Assembly (NCBI RefSeq): GCF_009914755.1
Contig: NC_060929.1
Direction: 5' to 3' (one strand)
Length of the DNA: 64,000 bases
DNA from: the human T2T-CHM13v2.0 reference genome, Homo sapiens
Under the pieces are notes generated by a model, which had not been told where the DNA came from, searched no databases, and saw only the letters and a program-made list of their open reading frames with translations. A program made the translations under genes and the position numbers. Shown here piece after piece: positions 11,595 to 27,041 of the stretch. Positions within the stretch are counted from its first letter, which is position 1. Each line of letters begins with the position of its first letter.

Positions 11595-14500
11595 ACTTTC
11601 AAAATTATTAAAGTGGAGTTAATTCTCACATGATTAGAAGGGTATTTAGTAATCCTGTGAATTCTTTACACTTAATGTTTAGAAAAAAATCTAACTCGAA
11701 AATATTATTTTAGGAAAGCACTTTTTATGTAGAAGTGTTGCTGGGTATTTTTGTTTTAATTGCTTTGGAAATTTAAAGGCAAACTGACTTTGTGGTAGTT
11801 TTTTCAAAAAAAAAAATCTTAATTTACCCTTTGGTAACAGTAACCAGCAAGTTGGCAGGCTATTAATAATGAAAATACTAGCAATAAATTATTCAGTAAA
11901 AAAAATCTTTAATGTGGGGAGTGGGTATTCTGATAAAAAAGGAAAATGCAAATAGTCAGTGCTTTTAAAATACTAAACAAGAAATAATCCTTTTCTTTGC
12001 ACTTAGTTTTCCTAAATTGTTGTGTGATTGTCTCAGAAGTGAATAGCCTAGTGTAGTTTCATAAACCTTTCTTTCCTTTTTTCTAGCAATTATATATGTT
12101 CCTGTCTTTGAATTTTTATAATGTGATAAGACTTTAAAACAATCTGTGACCACACTTTTGGTTTGCAATTTAAATTTTCTCTTTTAAGAATAAAAATAAT
12201 AAGGTCAAACAAAATAATGTAACCAGGAAACTAATTACAGACTATTAACAGCATATGCTGTGTGCTAATCTTTATTCTGAACTCACTTTAGGTATCAGCC
12301 TACTTTTCTCAACAAGGGGGCACTTAAGTTAATTGCTTCATTAGAAACATGCATTTAGCACTTTCTGATCTGTAAGTACAACTCTTTGGCAGAGCTGCAG
12401 AAGTTTGAACACCTGCAGCCCAAGCAGCTTAAAAAGAAGTCATAATTTACTATAAAGGAAAATAAAAGAAGCTCAAGTTCAAAATGGTGTTATCAATGAT
12501 ATAGTGTTGTAACTAACTTGAGCTGACCTAAAAGAGAGAGTTGGCTTCTGCACTGCTCCTTATCAGCATCCAAAAGGGCATACAAAATTCTTTGTAAACT
12601 AATTTAAAAAGTGTCTTGTTTATTCAGAAGCAACTGTGAATGGTATTTGTTCAGACCTTAGTTCACATCAATTGCATACCAGCCAACAACTTATTTCTCT
12701 TCTAAGAGAGAGGCCAAGTATCAAAGACACAAAGTACTAAAGATAAGCTTCTCAATTCTCAATTGTTCTGAACTCTCAATAAAGCTACTGATGTACAAAT
12801 TGGGGTGGGACCCAACTGTTTCCACCTGCAGGCTTGTCTTAGATCCTTGGCTCTGGCTGGGAGAGGTGCTGATACTAATGTGACCTTTAGTGCCCTTGGA
12901 AAACAAAACACAGGCTTTCTTATAGCCCTAATCAATCAGTCCCTCTGAAGAGGATTCCACCCCGTTTCTTCAAGTAGTCTTGGGGCAAAAAACTATGGCT
13001 GACTATTCCCATTTACAGGGCTGGTGAAAGCAAAGAGATCGTTCATTTGCTTTTACTGAATCTTAAAAGACATTCCAAGTCATCTTTTTTTCTGTTTCCA
13101 TGGGTGATTCTTACTAGATGTTTTGTATTTGATATTTTGTAAGACGGTGATCTCAGTAAGTAAAAGAATGAAGTGCTTTCAAACCTCATTCAAATAGTAT
13201 GGTATTAGGAAATTAAGACTTATTTGATATAAAGAACATTTCTGAGACTGCTGAGGCACAAACAAGTTACTTGTAGGATACTATGTTGTCACTTATGGGC
13301 TATTAATGTTAATTGCTTAAATGTGGTTCACAGGTAGTCTCCAAAGGTTCAAATGTGAGTTTACTAAATAATAGAATCTTTAAAATAAAATCATATAATT
13401 TTTGTCATGAGTACCTAGAATTAGAAAATTGGAAAATATTTGAAACATGAATAATTCAAAGATGTTCTTAAAACTGATCCCCAGATGTCTTTTTAACATC
13501 ATTGAGATTAAAGCCCTTTATATTATTGTGAAAGTAGAAGGAGTTACTGAAAGGCATCTGGAATATTGAATTTTAAACAAAATTTTCTCTGTAATTAGAA
13601 ATTTGTCACTTGGTTCAAATATGGCTTTAAAAAAAAGCAATGAAACCAATTGCTATTTCACAGTAATTATAAGTGCTGTATTTTCCTTTCACAAAATTAT
13701 ATTAATGGTAACAATAGCCATGGTTCTTAAGGTAAGTTTAAGACAAAATAATCTGTATAAGTATGTGTGCATCTGTGTATGTTTGTATGGAAATACTATA
13801 GAGGCAAAAAATGCTATGCCACAAGTAGTTCCTACACCCTCCCATGCACCCCACCCCCAAAATTGTGGGTTTTGAGCCAATTAGAATTATGTAAGCCTTA
13901 AACTATATGTCTTTTTCAATATTGGCATAGAAAAACAGTAACAGATTTTCCAGTAATTTTCAAATTTAAGGATTACAGAGCATGTGAGTAATTTACTGCA
14001 CATTAAATGTATTGACTAATTGATCTAAAAGAAAATATTCACAAATGGATAAAGCATTTCAGAATTAAGCACATCTAGGCAAAGGACCTTATTGTAGGAG
14101 AAAATTTTGACTAAATGGAATATTTAAAAATTATTTTTTCAGTGATTATCGTATCAAACCTACAAACTTAAATATATTTAAAAATTTTACATGCCTAATT
14201 GATGGGGCTATAAGGATTACTTTATAATGTTTTTTTAAAGGATCATCTAATGAGAGATTCATGCTATGTGATTAAATAATAGTTGTAATGTTTTCATGTT
14301 GGAAGTTTGTGCTTTGTTCCTGATTCTGACTTTTTATAATGTTTTCTCTTTGCATATTTATAATTTTTATGTTATTTCTCTAGTTTTGTTTATTAGCTTC
14401 TACGGTATAAGCATCTTTTAATGAAGCTCACAAAATCAATTTTACAGTATCAGGCGTTACAGTATTAGAACAAATATAGGTATTTGCTTGAACTAAGTAA

Positions 14501-14689
14501 TATGTGTCATTTTACAGTCTGATAAATTTGAAGTCAATCTGGGCAAGATTCTAGAGTGATTTACCAGAAGAATTGCTTTTGGGTTAAAAGAAAAAGAACC
14601 TATCATTGTTACAAATAAGAGTAGGATCACTAATTAACAGTTTTAATTTCTTTTTTTGTTGTTGTTGTTCTTTTAAATAGTGTTGATAG

Positions 14690-15640
14690 GCTGGTAGAGT
14701 GGATAGATTTTGCCAAGGATTCTTCTTACATTCTTGTGACTTGGAAATATAAGTGGTGTTCCCACATAGTGTTGATGATTGATGTCTACTTGAGGGTGTT
14801 TCTAATGGCAGACTATACAGGTCTATGCCTGAGCTTGTCCTGCTCAACATTTTATGTGCATGACTTGAATACTTAGAAGAAGAAGTTTATCAGATTTCTA
14901 GATGACAAGGTCAGAGAGATAATAAACATGTTGGGTCACAGGAACAGAATCACTATTCAACGTAACCTTAACAAGCCAATATGAAACATAAAATTGAACC
15001 TCAGCAAACACATCAGACAACATCAACAAAAATTACAAACAAAGGATAGAGTAAAAGTGACTTAGTAATAACATACATAGACTAAACTCAAATAGGAATT
15101 TTTAGAATGATGTAGCTGCCAAAAACATAACAAAATACCCTCAACACAACCCCTATCACTCTCACTATCACTAAAAACAATAATTAAAACTGAATGTGAT
15201 ATTTCCTTGAAATTATAGAAGTGCAGTATTTAGGATGAAGTAATAGTCTTTGTCTATTTTTTAATTGTTTATAATACAACTAGACTACCAGTTGGGACTC
15301 AGTGAACTATGCTTTGAGTGGCAGAGATTAACTGTAGAGAATTTTGTGGAGATTAATCAAACTAGTGAGGGTATCAGAAATCATCTTATAAGAACTGTTT
15401 TCACTGCAAGCATATAGTCTTAAGAAGAGGCCTGTCGTGTGTAAGAGGATTTATACTTAATCTGTATGGACCCTACTGGTATTACTAGGAAAAATGGGTA
15501 GAATTCAAGGGTGACAGATCTGAAATAATTTTAAATAAATCCAAGGACAAGTATTTGTGGAAAGCCTTCTTTGGGACAGGCATAGACTTTTCAAATCCTC
15601 AGCAGACATATCCAGAAGTCAGCAATAGGGCATAGGAGAT
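14690..15640 (+). mobile_element. Very old LINE (CR1/L3-like) fragments
   Basis: Decayed RT-like stretch cctgctcaacatttta...tcagatttctagatgacaag; boundaries uncertain. Confidence 0.35.
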
Positions 15641-16109
15641 CAGAGTTGGAAACTTTTTTCTTGTAACTTGTTCCAGAATCAGAACTGGCTGTTTTGTTTC
15701 CCACACATCTCATATGATTGCAGAATATAAGCTTGGTTAACTACCATTTGATGGGAGACTGGAAATAAAAGTCTTAGTTTTGTTTTAGAGTAGTCTTAAA
15801 ACAACAGCTCCTTATCTGGCAATGCTGTCACATGGCAGAAGCTCCCTAAGCATACCTCTTTCATGGTCCAACCCTGTTTCTTTATCTGGTAACTTTAGAA
15901 GTCTGGTTTTTCTTAACATCAGATCTACTAGACTTTCACATTCCTACTGACAAGCAAAGTGCTGTGGTAAGAAGAGCAGGTGGTGGATTTGAGTCCTTGC
16001 ACCACCACTTAGTGTGTGATCTTGGGTATTAAACTTTACCTCTGTTTTTTATTCATACAATGAGGATCCTGTTAGTTGCTATATTCATAGGGTTCCAGTA
16101 AAGATAGAG

Positions 16110-16112
<3 letters not shown>

Positions 16113-16150
<38 letters not shown>
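16113..16150. repeat. (AT)n microsatellite adjoining a MIR-like relic
   Basis: Direct read. Confidence 0.95.
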
Positions 16151-16153
<3 letters not shown>

Positions 16154-16559
16154 AACATATTTCCATTAATTATAGTACTTAATGGATTATTATTTAGTCA
16201 CTAAGAATGCTAGGTGTAAAACTCTGTGCCACCATGAAAAAAGCTGTTTATAAGGTTTATTTAAACATGCGTGTCTGTGGATAAAGACAGAGGGAAATGT
16301 TCAGATAATCATTGTTTTGGGAAGGACAAGATTAGGTTTTTAGAATTTTTATATTATGTGGTTGTCTGTTTGTTCAAGTAATGAAGTTCTTGTGCAGTTG
16401 CAAAGTACTTAACAAATGGATGATGGTGATCTTAGATCTGACTCCCTTCTAACTCTAACTTTCAGTATTACATTGTGTACCCCTAATTTTATTTTCTTCT
16501 TTATTGTATGAAGTAAAAAATTGGCTAACATGAAAACCATGGAAAATGTTTGCAAGAAT

Positions 16560-17190
16560 GTGCAGTAATCAGAATTCTCATACATCAATTGTAAACTGGT
16601 ACAACCCTTTTAGAAAAATATTTGCTGTGTAGCACCAAAATTGAATATATCCATATCCTCTGATCCAACAATTTTACTCTTAGGTATATACTCAACAGAA
16701 ATGCATATGTATTTGCTAGAGTGTTTCTGCCAGCAGTATTTGTAATAGTCAAAATCTAGAAAGTACCCAGATGCCTACCACTAGTGGAATGGATAAATAA
16801 CCTGTCTTATACTCATATAATAGACTACTATACTGCCCTGAAAATCATCTATCACTTTAACACATAGTGTGGATGAATCTTTCAAACATAATGTTGAGCA
16901 AAAGAAGCCAGACACAAAATAGAACATGCTGTATGATTATATTTACATAAAGTAGAGAAATATTCAAAGCCCTCATCTCTGTTAGAAGATAAGATAGTGG
17001 TTATTTGGAGAGGCCAGTGGCTAGATTGGAGGGAGTGTGAGAATGAATTTTGGGTAGCAATGTTCTGCTTCTTGATCTAGGTACTACTTACATGGATTTG
17101 TTCAACTGTAAAATTCATTGAGTTGTACTTTTGTACTTTTGATGTATGTACTTTTCTGTCTATATATAATACTTAAATACAAAACTTAAA
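16560..17190 (+). mobile_element. L1ME/MD 3' end fragment
   Basis: tccaacaattttactcttaggtatatac, atggataaataa, gagcaaaagaagccagacacaaaa. Confidence 0.75.
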
Positions 17191-17604
17191 GAATGCAGAA
17201 ACATTTATTGGCCTCAGGCTGTGATAATCTGATGCAACTTATCTCTATTACAGAGTGCCCCTGTCTCAGTGGATAGGGTGTTTCAGTCACTGAGCCTGGT
17301 CATCTCTGCCTTAGACAAGGCATGACTGGATACTATCAGCTGTTGGGTTGTGAGATTTTTTTTCCCCCATTGAATTATACTTACTCAACTTTTTCATTCC
17401 AGACAGTGTCTCCAGACAGAGACTAAGATACTTGGTCAATTTTATCCTTTCTAATTACTGTAATATTTCAGTAGTGAGATCAGTTCCAGGTCATTCTCAC
17501 AAGTTCTTGCAACCATTTCTTTTGTGGTAGAAAAAAAGCCTATTGAATCTGGGGGAAAAGAAGTGGTAAAATTTACTCAGCATATTGTTGAGATGATAAT
17601 TTTT

Positions 17605-17734
17605 TGTTTTTTTTTAGTAGAGACGGGGTTTCACCATGTTGGCCAGACTGGTCTTGAACTCCTGACCTCAGGCAATCTGCCCGTCTTGGCCTCCCAAAGT
17701 GCTGGGATTACCGGTGTGAGACACCGCGCCCAGC
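17605..17734 (-). mobile_element. AluS left monomer only, with TSD
   Basis: TSD tgagatgataattttt (17589-17604 / 17735-17750); element stops at the A-rich linker. Confidence 0.9.
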
Positions 17735-18034
17735 TGAGATGATAATTTTTATCTTCATTACTTGGACAAATCATTTTCCATTTATGGGCCTCTGCTTTTC
17801 TCATCTGTAAAAATTGTGAATTAATATTGAAGAAAACTGTGAATTTACTGAATGTATTATTTACTGAATTTAATGGTTGAATCTAATGGTTGAACCTATT
17901 ATACAGTTTTTTTGTTTTGCTTATTTTCTTATTTCCTTGGTGTTTGTGTAGCTGAGAGGCCAGTACAGAAAACATTATTTGAGTTACAGTTTCTTTTAAA
18001 AATATTAATTGTATTCTCCCATTACAGGTATTAA

Positions 18035-18211
<177 letters not shown>

Positions 18212-21200
18212 TAAGTGTGCTATTCTTCAGTCCTCAGGGATACTTTTCCATTAGATATTGGGTAAAACTGATATTAATTTTACTTGCTATTGCTGTCAAA
18301 TTTATACACAGGTTTGTAATATTTAATGCCACTTTCTATATTTAATAGTAATAGAAAAACAAACGTGTCCTAGAAAATTCCGGTTACCATTTGAATCTTA
18401 GTAACTTGGATTTGTTCAGAGGTTTAAAATGACCTCTTTATAGAAAATATAAATAGTACTTTCTAAATACATCTTTTCTCAGGACCCCAGGGAAGAAGTC
18501 TGGGGCAGAGGAAGGAGATTGGTTAGGTAAATGGGTATGTGTGTTGCCTTGGGGCAATGGGGTAGTGGTGGGTTATTTATTTATTTATTTTCCCCAGTGA
18601 ACATGTATTACATTTGTAACAAAACAGGACCAGAGTCTAAAAATTTGTAATGCAAGGTTCACACCCACATTTAGGATCTTGGCTGTGATTTTAGGAAATA
18701 GATTTTTTTAACTCTTTGGTAATAATATTTTAAAAATGCTAATGACCCTCAAATCATGTATGGAACATGGTGGATATAAAGTAAAAATATGTAGCCTTAT
18801 ATTTTCCTTATATACAAAGTTTTAATACTCTTCTAAAGTATCTTATTGAAAGATTTAAAGAACTATTTTTATAATTATGCAAAAGTCTTTTCTAGAGTTA
18901 TGTTGTGAATAATGTTTTCTGTAAGATAATTTTTACATGTTAATTTACATACTATTTATATCTTCTATTAACTTTAGAAATATTTCTCTAGAATTTGTTA
19001 CCATGATTATTATATCGTCTTTAAAATTACAATACATTGTAAAATTTTGTTTCTTTCTTGAGCGTTATGAATTATGTTATACAACACAGTCAAATTGAAT
19101 TTATACTTACAGAGTTTCAAAAAAATTGTCTTTTTTGACACAGAACAGGTAATGTTGATGTAGGGATTCCTGTAAAATAAAGAATTTTCAGGGGTAATAT
19201 TTGCAGTACTTATTATGATATCTATTTAAGCTACACATTTATCTGTAAGAGAAAGCAGAAATCAGATTGGTTGTTGCAGTTCAAGAGTAGAAGATTTGTC
19301 AGCTTGGTTTTATGTATGCCAGAGAGATTATATCCAGAAGACAATATTTCTTGTTTTAGGGTGAAGAGTGTATAAGGCTAAAGACAAGGGCAATAGATTA
19401 ATGCTGGTCATCTGGGTAAGAAGAGCAGTTCTAACAACACAGCTTGGAAGCAAGTCCTAGGGGAAGTGGTTGCTTGTATGTAAGGAATACTGTATTTATA
19501 ACTTTAGGTATTTCTAATTGGCAAATGGCGTATTCTGTATACTTAGTTGTTGTCAGACAGATGACCTTAAGGTGTTTCAGGAGCCTTAATTATCAAAGGA
19601 AGAGGCTGAATTCTAATCTAGTCCATAAGCCTCATTCACCAAGATAAAAATCAGTGATAATATGTTATTTGAAATTTTTTAATCATTAAGTATTGGGGGA
19701 AAAAAAAACACTCCATTAACTCTTATCTCTTAATTTAACCAGAAATGTAAGAACCTTACATTTATGGAACATTTCGTTTATATCATACAATTGTGCTGGC
19801 ATCATTCTTAATAATATTAACATGAATTATCATTTCACTAGATGGTACTGATTTATACTGAGGGTAAGAGACACATTTGGTTTGTCAACACTCTTTGCAA
19901 TTATCTAGACCGGTACCTACGAAATACATTCTCAATGAATACTTTTTTGATTGAAAGAATGAAAGGATGTCTCAAATATATAAAACTGGTCTGCGAAAAA
20001 AGAAAATAAATTGTTCATTTTAGAGTTAGCATGTTTTTGAATGAAAACTCCAGTTTTATATTTACTTATTGTTGACATTTGTCATAACTGCAGTATATTC
20101 TACCATTTATTTTTTAGCTAGTGGAATTTAATGTGACAAAAATGTGATATCAAACTTATGTATTCTCTGGTGGATTGTTACCATTTTGGTTTCCTGTACC
20201 AAACAAGCTTTAAAACAGAAAATTTTATAGTGCACTATGTGGTCATTTTATTTTCAAAAATATCTAATAGTGTTTAAATCTCTCATGTGTTTTATGCCTT
20301 CATTCATTTCTGTTTTCTTGTTTACATATCAGGGACAAAATAGGAAATCAAATAATATAACACTGTGCCCATGTTTAGTTAAGGCTTATTCCATAAATGT
20401 GATCTGGTACTTTACATGTAGACAATAACATCACTAAGGACATTGAAACAATTAAATAATTGAAACATGGAAACGGATTTCCTTCTGATACCTCATCCTG
20501 TTTTTTTTTGTTCAACATTTTGATTACTGCAACCTTCAATTTGGACAATTTTTTTTCTCTTTTTATTTGAGTGAAATTAAAAGGATGTAAGTTTTCTTTT
20601 AATCTCCCCCACACTAAACTCACTGATTTCCATTAGCAATGTTTTATCTAATGAATGTTTTTGAGGTCCAATTATCTAATTATCATGTGGTCTATCATCA
20701 CATCAGTATTACAGGCGGTTATATCACAGGGGTAAGTCACAAAGTGGGTTAATGATCGATGACTCTGACTTTCATAAGAATTCCTATTGGCAGTAGGAAA
20801 CTTATATCACCCATCTCTGGAGTAGTTTGAAGTTTATTAAAGAGTAAATTAAACTTTACTAATTGTTCTATTATCCACTAATTAGATCCACTTATAATTA
20901 TCTTGAGTGTAAATATTTTTTGACTTATATGGAAATAGTGACAGAACTCAGTGGAAAGAGGATTTTAATAAATCAAGCAGTGAAATGGGTTTATGATGCA
21001 ATACCAACTAGAATCCTAATGGTATGATAAGACTGTATGTCTTCTGAGCTCCAGTACAAGCTTAGGATGTGTGCAGGCTTTTGGCTAGTTATATATAGGT
21101 ATCTGAAGGAAAAAAATCTTCTTTCCTCACTTACATCTTCATCTACCTATAAACACTGCAAAAGTGATGCTTTTCAGTGTTAAAGTGAGTCTCAGTCTGA

Positions 21201-24087
21201 CTTCTACCAGTTCCTTGTTTTTTGGTCATGTTGGCCTGCTCATGTTTTATGCCTTATTATGTGGTTCAGTTGCATTCTTGCTGAATTTTATTATTTCCAT
21301 TGCCTTTATTCTTGGTCACTGAAGTTTTAGAGCATCGCGTGCTTACAGCTATACTTTTTCCAGATGTTCTTGGCACAGAATTCAAAACTGGTGACCAGGT
21401 TGGTTTTTTAGGATTGAAGCCCTATGTAGGCAGTCAGATTTCCATGTTTACTTTTATAGGAATTTTTCAAGTACATTTTTGAACAAATAGCTGTTTTACA
21501 TAATTAATTTCCTTTCATACGTTTTTTTCTCCTTCAAAAATTAAATATTCCGTAATAATCAGCACAGTATTTATTAGGAGAGGAAAATAAGAGGATATCT
21601 AGGATGATAACTGACAGATATCTAAAATGTTGTCTAAGATATTAGCACTTGAATTTGAGCTCCACAGGCTAGCATTTTTGGAATGAATGAATGATTACAT
21701 ATTTTCAGACAGGTATCTTTTCATTTTAATGAAATTTAGAATACTTTTAACTAGATGCTTTTTAAATAGATGTTCTCTGTTTTCTTTTGTGTTTTCTTCA
21801 AGTTTTTCTATGGCCGCATTAAAGATGGCATCTACAAATTTATTTCCTATTTCTCTGTGAAATAACTGTTCTTCCTAGGTATTGGTGAGTTAAAGTTAGA
21901 TAGTTACTTTTTAACATAATGCAAACACAAAATATGAAATTATTCCTTAAATAGGAAGCATTTATCTTCTTCTTTTTTTTTTTTTTTTAGAAGAGCTACT
22001 AGGGCATTTGAAAGATCAATAGGTTTGATAGTGATGATCATATTAAATGTGTCCACTTCCAATAGAGAAAATGTGAAAGTGTTTTAGAAGCTGTTAATAT
22101 ATGAATATAAGCTATTTTTATTCTTACCTCCTTCCAAAGGTTGTGTGACGTATGAGAATCATATTTTATTATCAAAACTTGTTATCAAAAATTGATCATA
22201 TAAAAATATTGGTACCTTGCAAGACTCCCTTTTTCATTAACTGTCATGGGTCTTCCAGACACTTGATAGCATAGAGACCAAAGGTATGAAAATGTGTGTT
22301 CCATTTTAGGGATTCTTTAATCATGATTTCCTTATATTCTGTAATATTTTATACTAATGTTGTTTTTCAAAATTATGGATGGAAATAATTTATCCAATGT
22401 TTCATGTCTCTGCTTCACCTCAAAATAAAACATGCAGAGAGATATGAGTATTAATCCCAGCTTCACTAGTTACTTACTTCATCACCCTAGACCATTACTT
22501 GATCTCTGTGAGCCTCAGTTTTCTCTTTTGCAAAATGAAAATAATATCTGTTTTTCAGTTTTATAAGGAATTAAAATAGATAAGTGTAATGCATAAGTAT
22601 GAAATTATACAACCATATGAGACTTTTATCATTACTGTGATAGCCTAAATTAACACAGGAAACCATCCAACCACACACACATTCCAACAAATAACGAGAT
22701 TGAATCTTGTAATTTTAAAAACAAACAAGTATGCAGACCCATTGCCACTTTTGAGTGTAAGAAAGGGAAAACCTCAGACACCATGTTTGAAGAGGTATTT
22801 CAAAACCAAAGTAATTGATGAGAATTAAAGCTTACTTGTAGATTCATGGAATATCTGAACTAGATATACTTCTAGATGACAGTGAGTATAATGTTTGAGT
22901 GAGGTAGAATGTTGAGGCTTCAGACCTCTTAGGGAATTGGAGTTGAGCTCTCAGCATAAAGAAAGGAACCTGGAAAATATATGCTGTTAATAAAATAATC
23001 TTTTAAAAAAACTACTACTCTCTGTCCAGAGGATGCAGCATAAAAACAGAACAATCCCTAAGGACTATGAGTGAATAAAAGTCTCAAGAAAAATCAGAAC
23101 CCTAAACCTGTGTTATGTGTGGATGGGAGGTTTAAAATGGAACACTTTGCCTCAAATGTAAAAATCGAGGTGAGAAATTAACTTTCAAAACTAGTCCCAA
23201 ACTGATAAAACTTGTAATGACCCCCAGAAAGGCAACCTTCATTTAAGACCACTTCTTCCCAGAGCACTTGCCACTTTGGCTAGAGGTGAGCTGTACTCAA
23301 ATGTTACAAAGCATGAAAGGAAAACAAGTAAAACAAGAATTTTTCCACAGATAGAAGAAACATAATTTATACCCCAGGAGCCACACATAAATACAGAAAT
23401 GAAAGAGATCTTAAAATACGTTTATTTAAATATTTAAAAGAAGGGTAGGATAAGAACAGGATATAATGACAAAGGAACAAAGATAATATCTAGAATTGAA
23501 AATATAATTATTGAAACAAAAATCTCAATGATAGTAAAACATCAGCTTTAAAAATACCTAGATAAGAGAATTGGAAGCGGTCTCTAGTATAGTATGTGTT
23601 GCAGAGGAGATGCTCGTACATTTTAGTTTCCTTCCTATTCTTTCCTTATCATCTCCTTTCATCCATATTTTCTGTTGTTGGCACATGATATGAGAATAGT
23701 GAGCTCCACTTTTGCTTTTGTTTTACTCTGCCCATATGAGTGAGAAACACAGTATAGGCTATTGAATCTTTGATGCAAGGAAGAAAGATGTTATAAAATA
23801 CTGAACTTATTATTCATTGTAGGAAATTATCTGGCTTTGACCTAAGAGCAGTTACACAAAGTGGGAGTTTCTGTAATAATTTACAATGCGTTTCATCTGA
23901 AGACAGAGAAAGAATGTCAAGGGTTTAATGTATTTTACGAGATGTGAGTCTAAATTAATGCATTTCTCAAAAATTGCTAGTTCAGTAAAAAGGAATAATT
24001 TGATTTAAAAATGTGTAGTATAGGGATTGATTTTACTTGTTTGAATTTCTGTTACATGTGATAAATTAGTACTAACAGATAAACTAA

Positions 24088-24351
<264 letters not shown>

Positions 24352-26688
24352 TAGTAAAATGTCAGAGCATTTATTGAGGAATTATATTTAAATTTAAGTA
24401 ACTACTGTATTATTCCCAGAACACCTCAGAAGCAAAAGCTTGAAAAGTACTTGGTTTCCAAATTAGAAGAATACTTCAAAGCTAAAGTCATTAAATATAT
24501 TAATGAATCATGAAAAATAAATATTGGAAAATGTGTTTAGTTTTTAATGCTTGAAAAATTTTAAAGTATTACAGAGTTAATTATACAAAAGAATAATCTT
24601 GAAAAAGGTGAGATCAGAAGTTTTAGGCCATCGTGACAGGTCTTATTGAAAAAAGTTTTGTGAAATATTGATTTTAAGAAATAAAATAATATATCTTTGA
24701 ATATAGAATAATTATGACTTATTTTCTACTTTACTAGAGTATATTTGAAATTGAAAAATGCATAGTAAGTATTAAGGATACTTTATATTGTCAGATTTAA
24801 AAATATTAAAATAGAAATAACTTGAAGCCTAAGCTTTGCAAACAAGAGTATCTGCTACTTATTCTGCTCAGTTCCTGCACCAATTCAGATCAAGGCAGGT
24901 GGTTTATTTATTAAAGTCTGGCACTAATTATTTGTATATTTTACCTAAGTTTAATAGATACTGAATTTGTTTTTTTAACCAGTGGTTTTCAGTCATATAT
25001 GAGATCTATCATTTCTGAAGGAGAGGGAAGGAAATGTTTGCTACATTAAGTTAACAGAAATGTATTGAGAATTTGTTTTAGTGCTCAACTGAGTTTAGGA
25101 AATTCTTTTAAATCAACCTTTTAAATTTGGAATAATTAAAGAGATTTCATTAATTAGATAAACATTTGTAGAAACAAATGGAGTCATTATAAATTTATAT
25201 TATCGTGTAGGGAATAATGCAGAGAAACTAGCCTTAGTAATTTATATTTAAAATAAACATACTTTTTCTAATTAGCTGCCAATTTATATAAGTTTCAATA
25301 TGCTGAATTTCTTAAAATGGTAATTTAAAATAGGTTCAGTAAGAAGGTTGGAACTAGCTACTACAATTTTGTTATTTATTGTAAGTGTTCTTTCCTGTGG
25401 CCCAAGCTCAATCGGATGATATTATATGTTACAGAAGTGCAGACTCTTCTAATGTTTTGAAGCAGATCATTGCCAAATTGGGATTAATGCCATTTCCCAT
25501 TCACTAAACATTTGCATGTAACAACTAGCATTATTTTGTGCAGCGATTTTCTAGTTTTTATCTGTTTCACACATATTGATACATAATAAATTCCAAATTA
25601 GTGAGGTACATTTTAGAAGGCTGAAAGGCTTTTGAAATTTTTGACATGCTAAAAGACGGGGCTTGGTACAGTTGGCATGTATATTAATCTGTTCTCACAC
25701 TGCTAATAAAGACATACCCAAGGCTGGGTAATTTATAAAGGAAAAAGATTTAATTGACTCACAGTTCCATATGGCTGGGGAGGCCTCACAATCATGGTGG
25801 AAAGCAAAAGAGGAGCAAAGTCACATCTTACATGGTGGCAGGCAAAAGAACATGTGCAGGGGAACTCCCCTTTATAAAATCATTAGATCTCATATGAGAC
25901 TTATTCACTATCATGAGAACAACACAGGAAAGACCCCTCATTCAGGATTCAGTTACCTCCCGCTGGGTCCCTCTCATAACACTTGGGAATTATGAGAACT
26001 ACAATTGAAGATGAGATTTGGGTGGAGACACAGCCAAACCATATCATTCCGCCCAGCCCCTCCCAAATCTCATGTCCTCACATTTCAAAACCAATCATTC
26101 CTTCCCAACAGTCCCCCAGAGTCTTAACTCATTTCAGCATTAACTCAGAAGTCCACAGTCCAAAGTCTCATCTGAGACAAGGCAAGTTCCTTCTACCTAT
26201 GAGCTTGTAAAATCATAAACAAGTTAGTTACTTCCCAGATACAATGAGGGTACAGGCATTGGGTAAATATACCCATTTCAAATGGGAGAAATTGGCCAAA
26301 ACAAAGAGGCTACAGGCGCCATGCAAGTTCGAAATCCAATAGGGCAGTCATGAAACCTTAAAGTTCCAAAATGATCTCCTTTGACTCCATATCTCACATC
26401 CAGGTGATGCTAATGCAAGAGGCGGACTCCCACAACCTTGAGCAGCTCCACCCCTGTGGCTTTGCAGGGTACAGCTCCCTTCCTGGCTGCTTTCATGGGC
26501 TGGCATTGAGTGTCTGTGGCTTTCCCAGGGGCACAGTGCAAGCTGTCGGTGGATCTACCATTCTGGGGTCTGCAGGAAAGTGGCCCTAATCTTATAGCTT
26601 CACTAGGCAGTGCCCCAGTGGGGACTCTGTATAGGGGCTCCAACCCCACATTTCCCTTCTATACTGCCCTAGCAGAGGTTCTTCATGA

Positions 26689-27041
<353 letters not shown>

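Noticed and set aside
17836-17895. Paired 11-bp duplications (atttactgaat x2, taatggttgaa x2) upstream of exon 2
   Set aside because: Typical slippage micro-duplications; no evidence of function.
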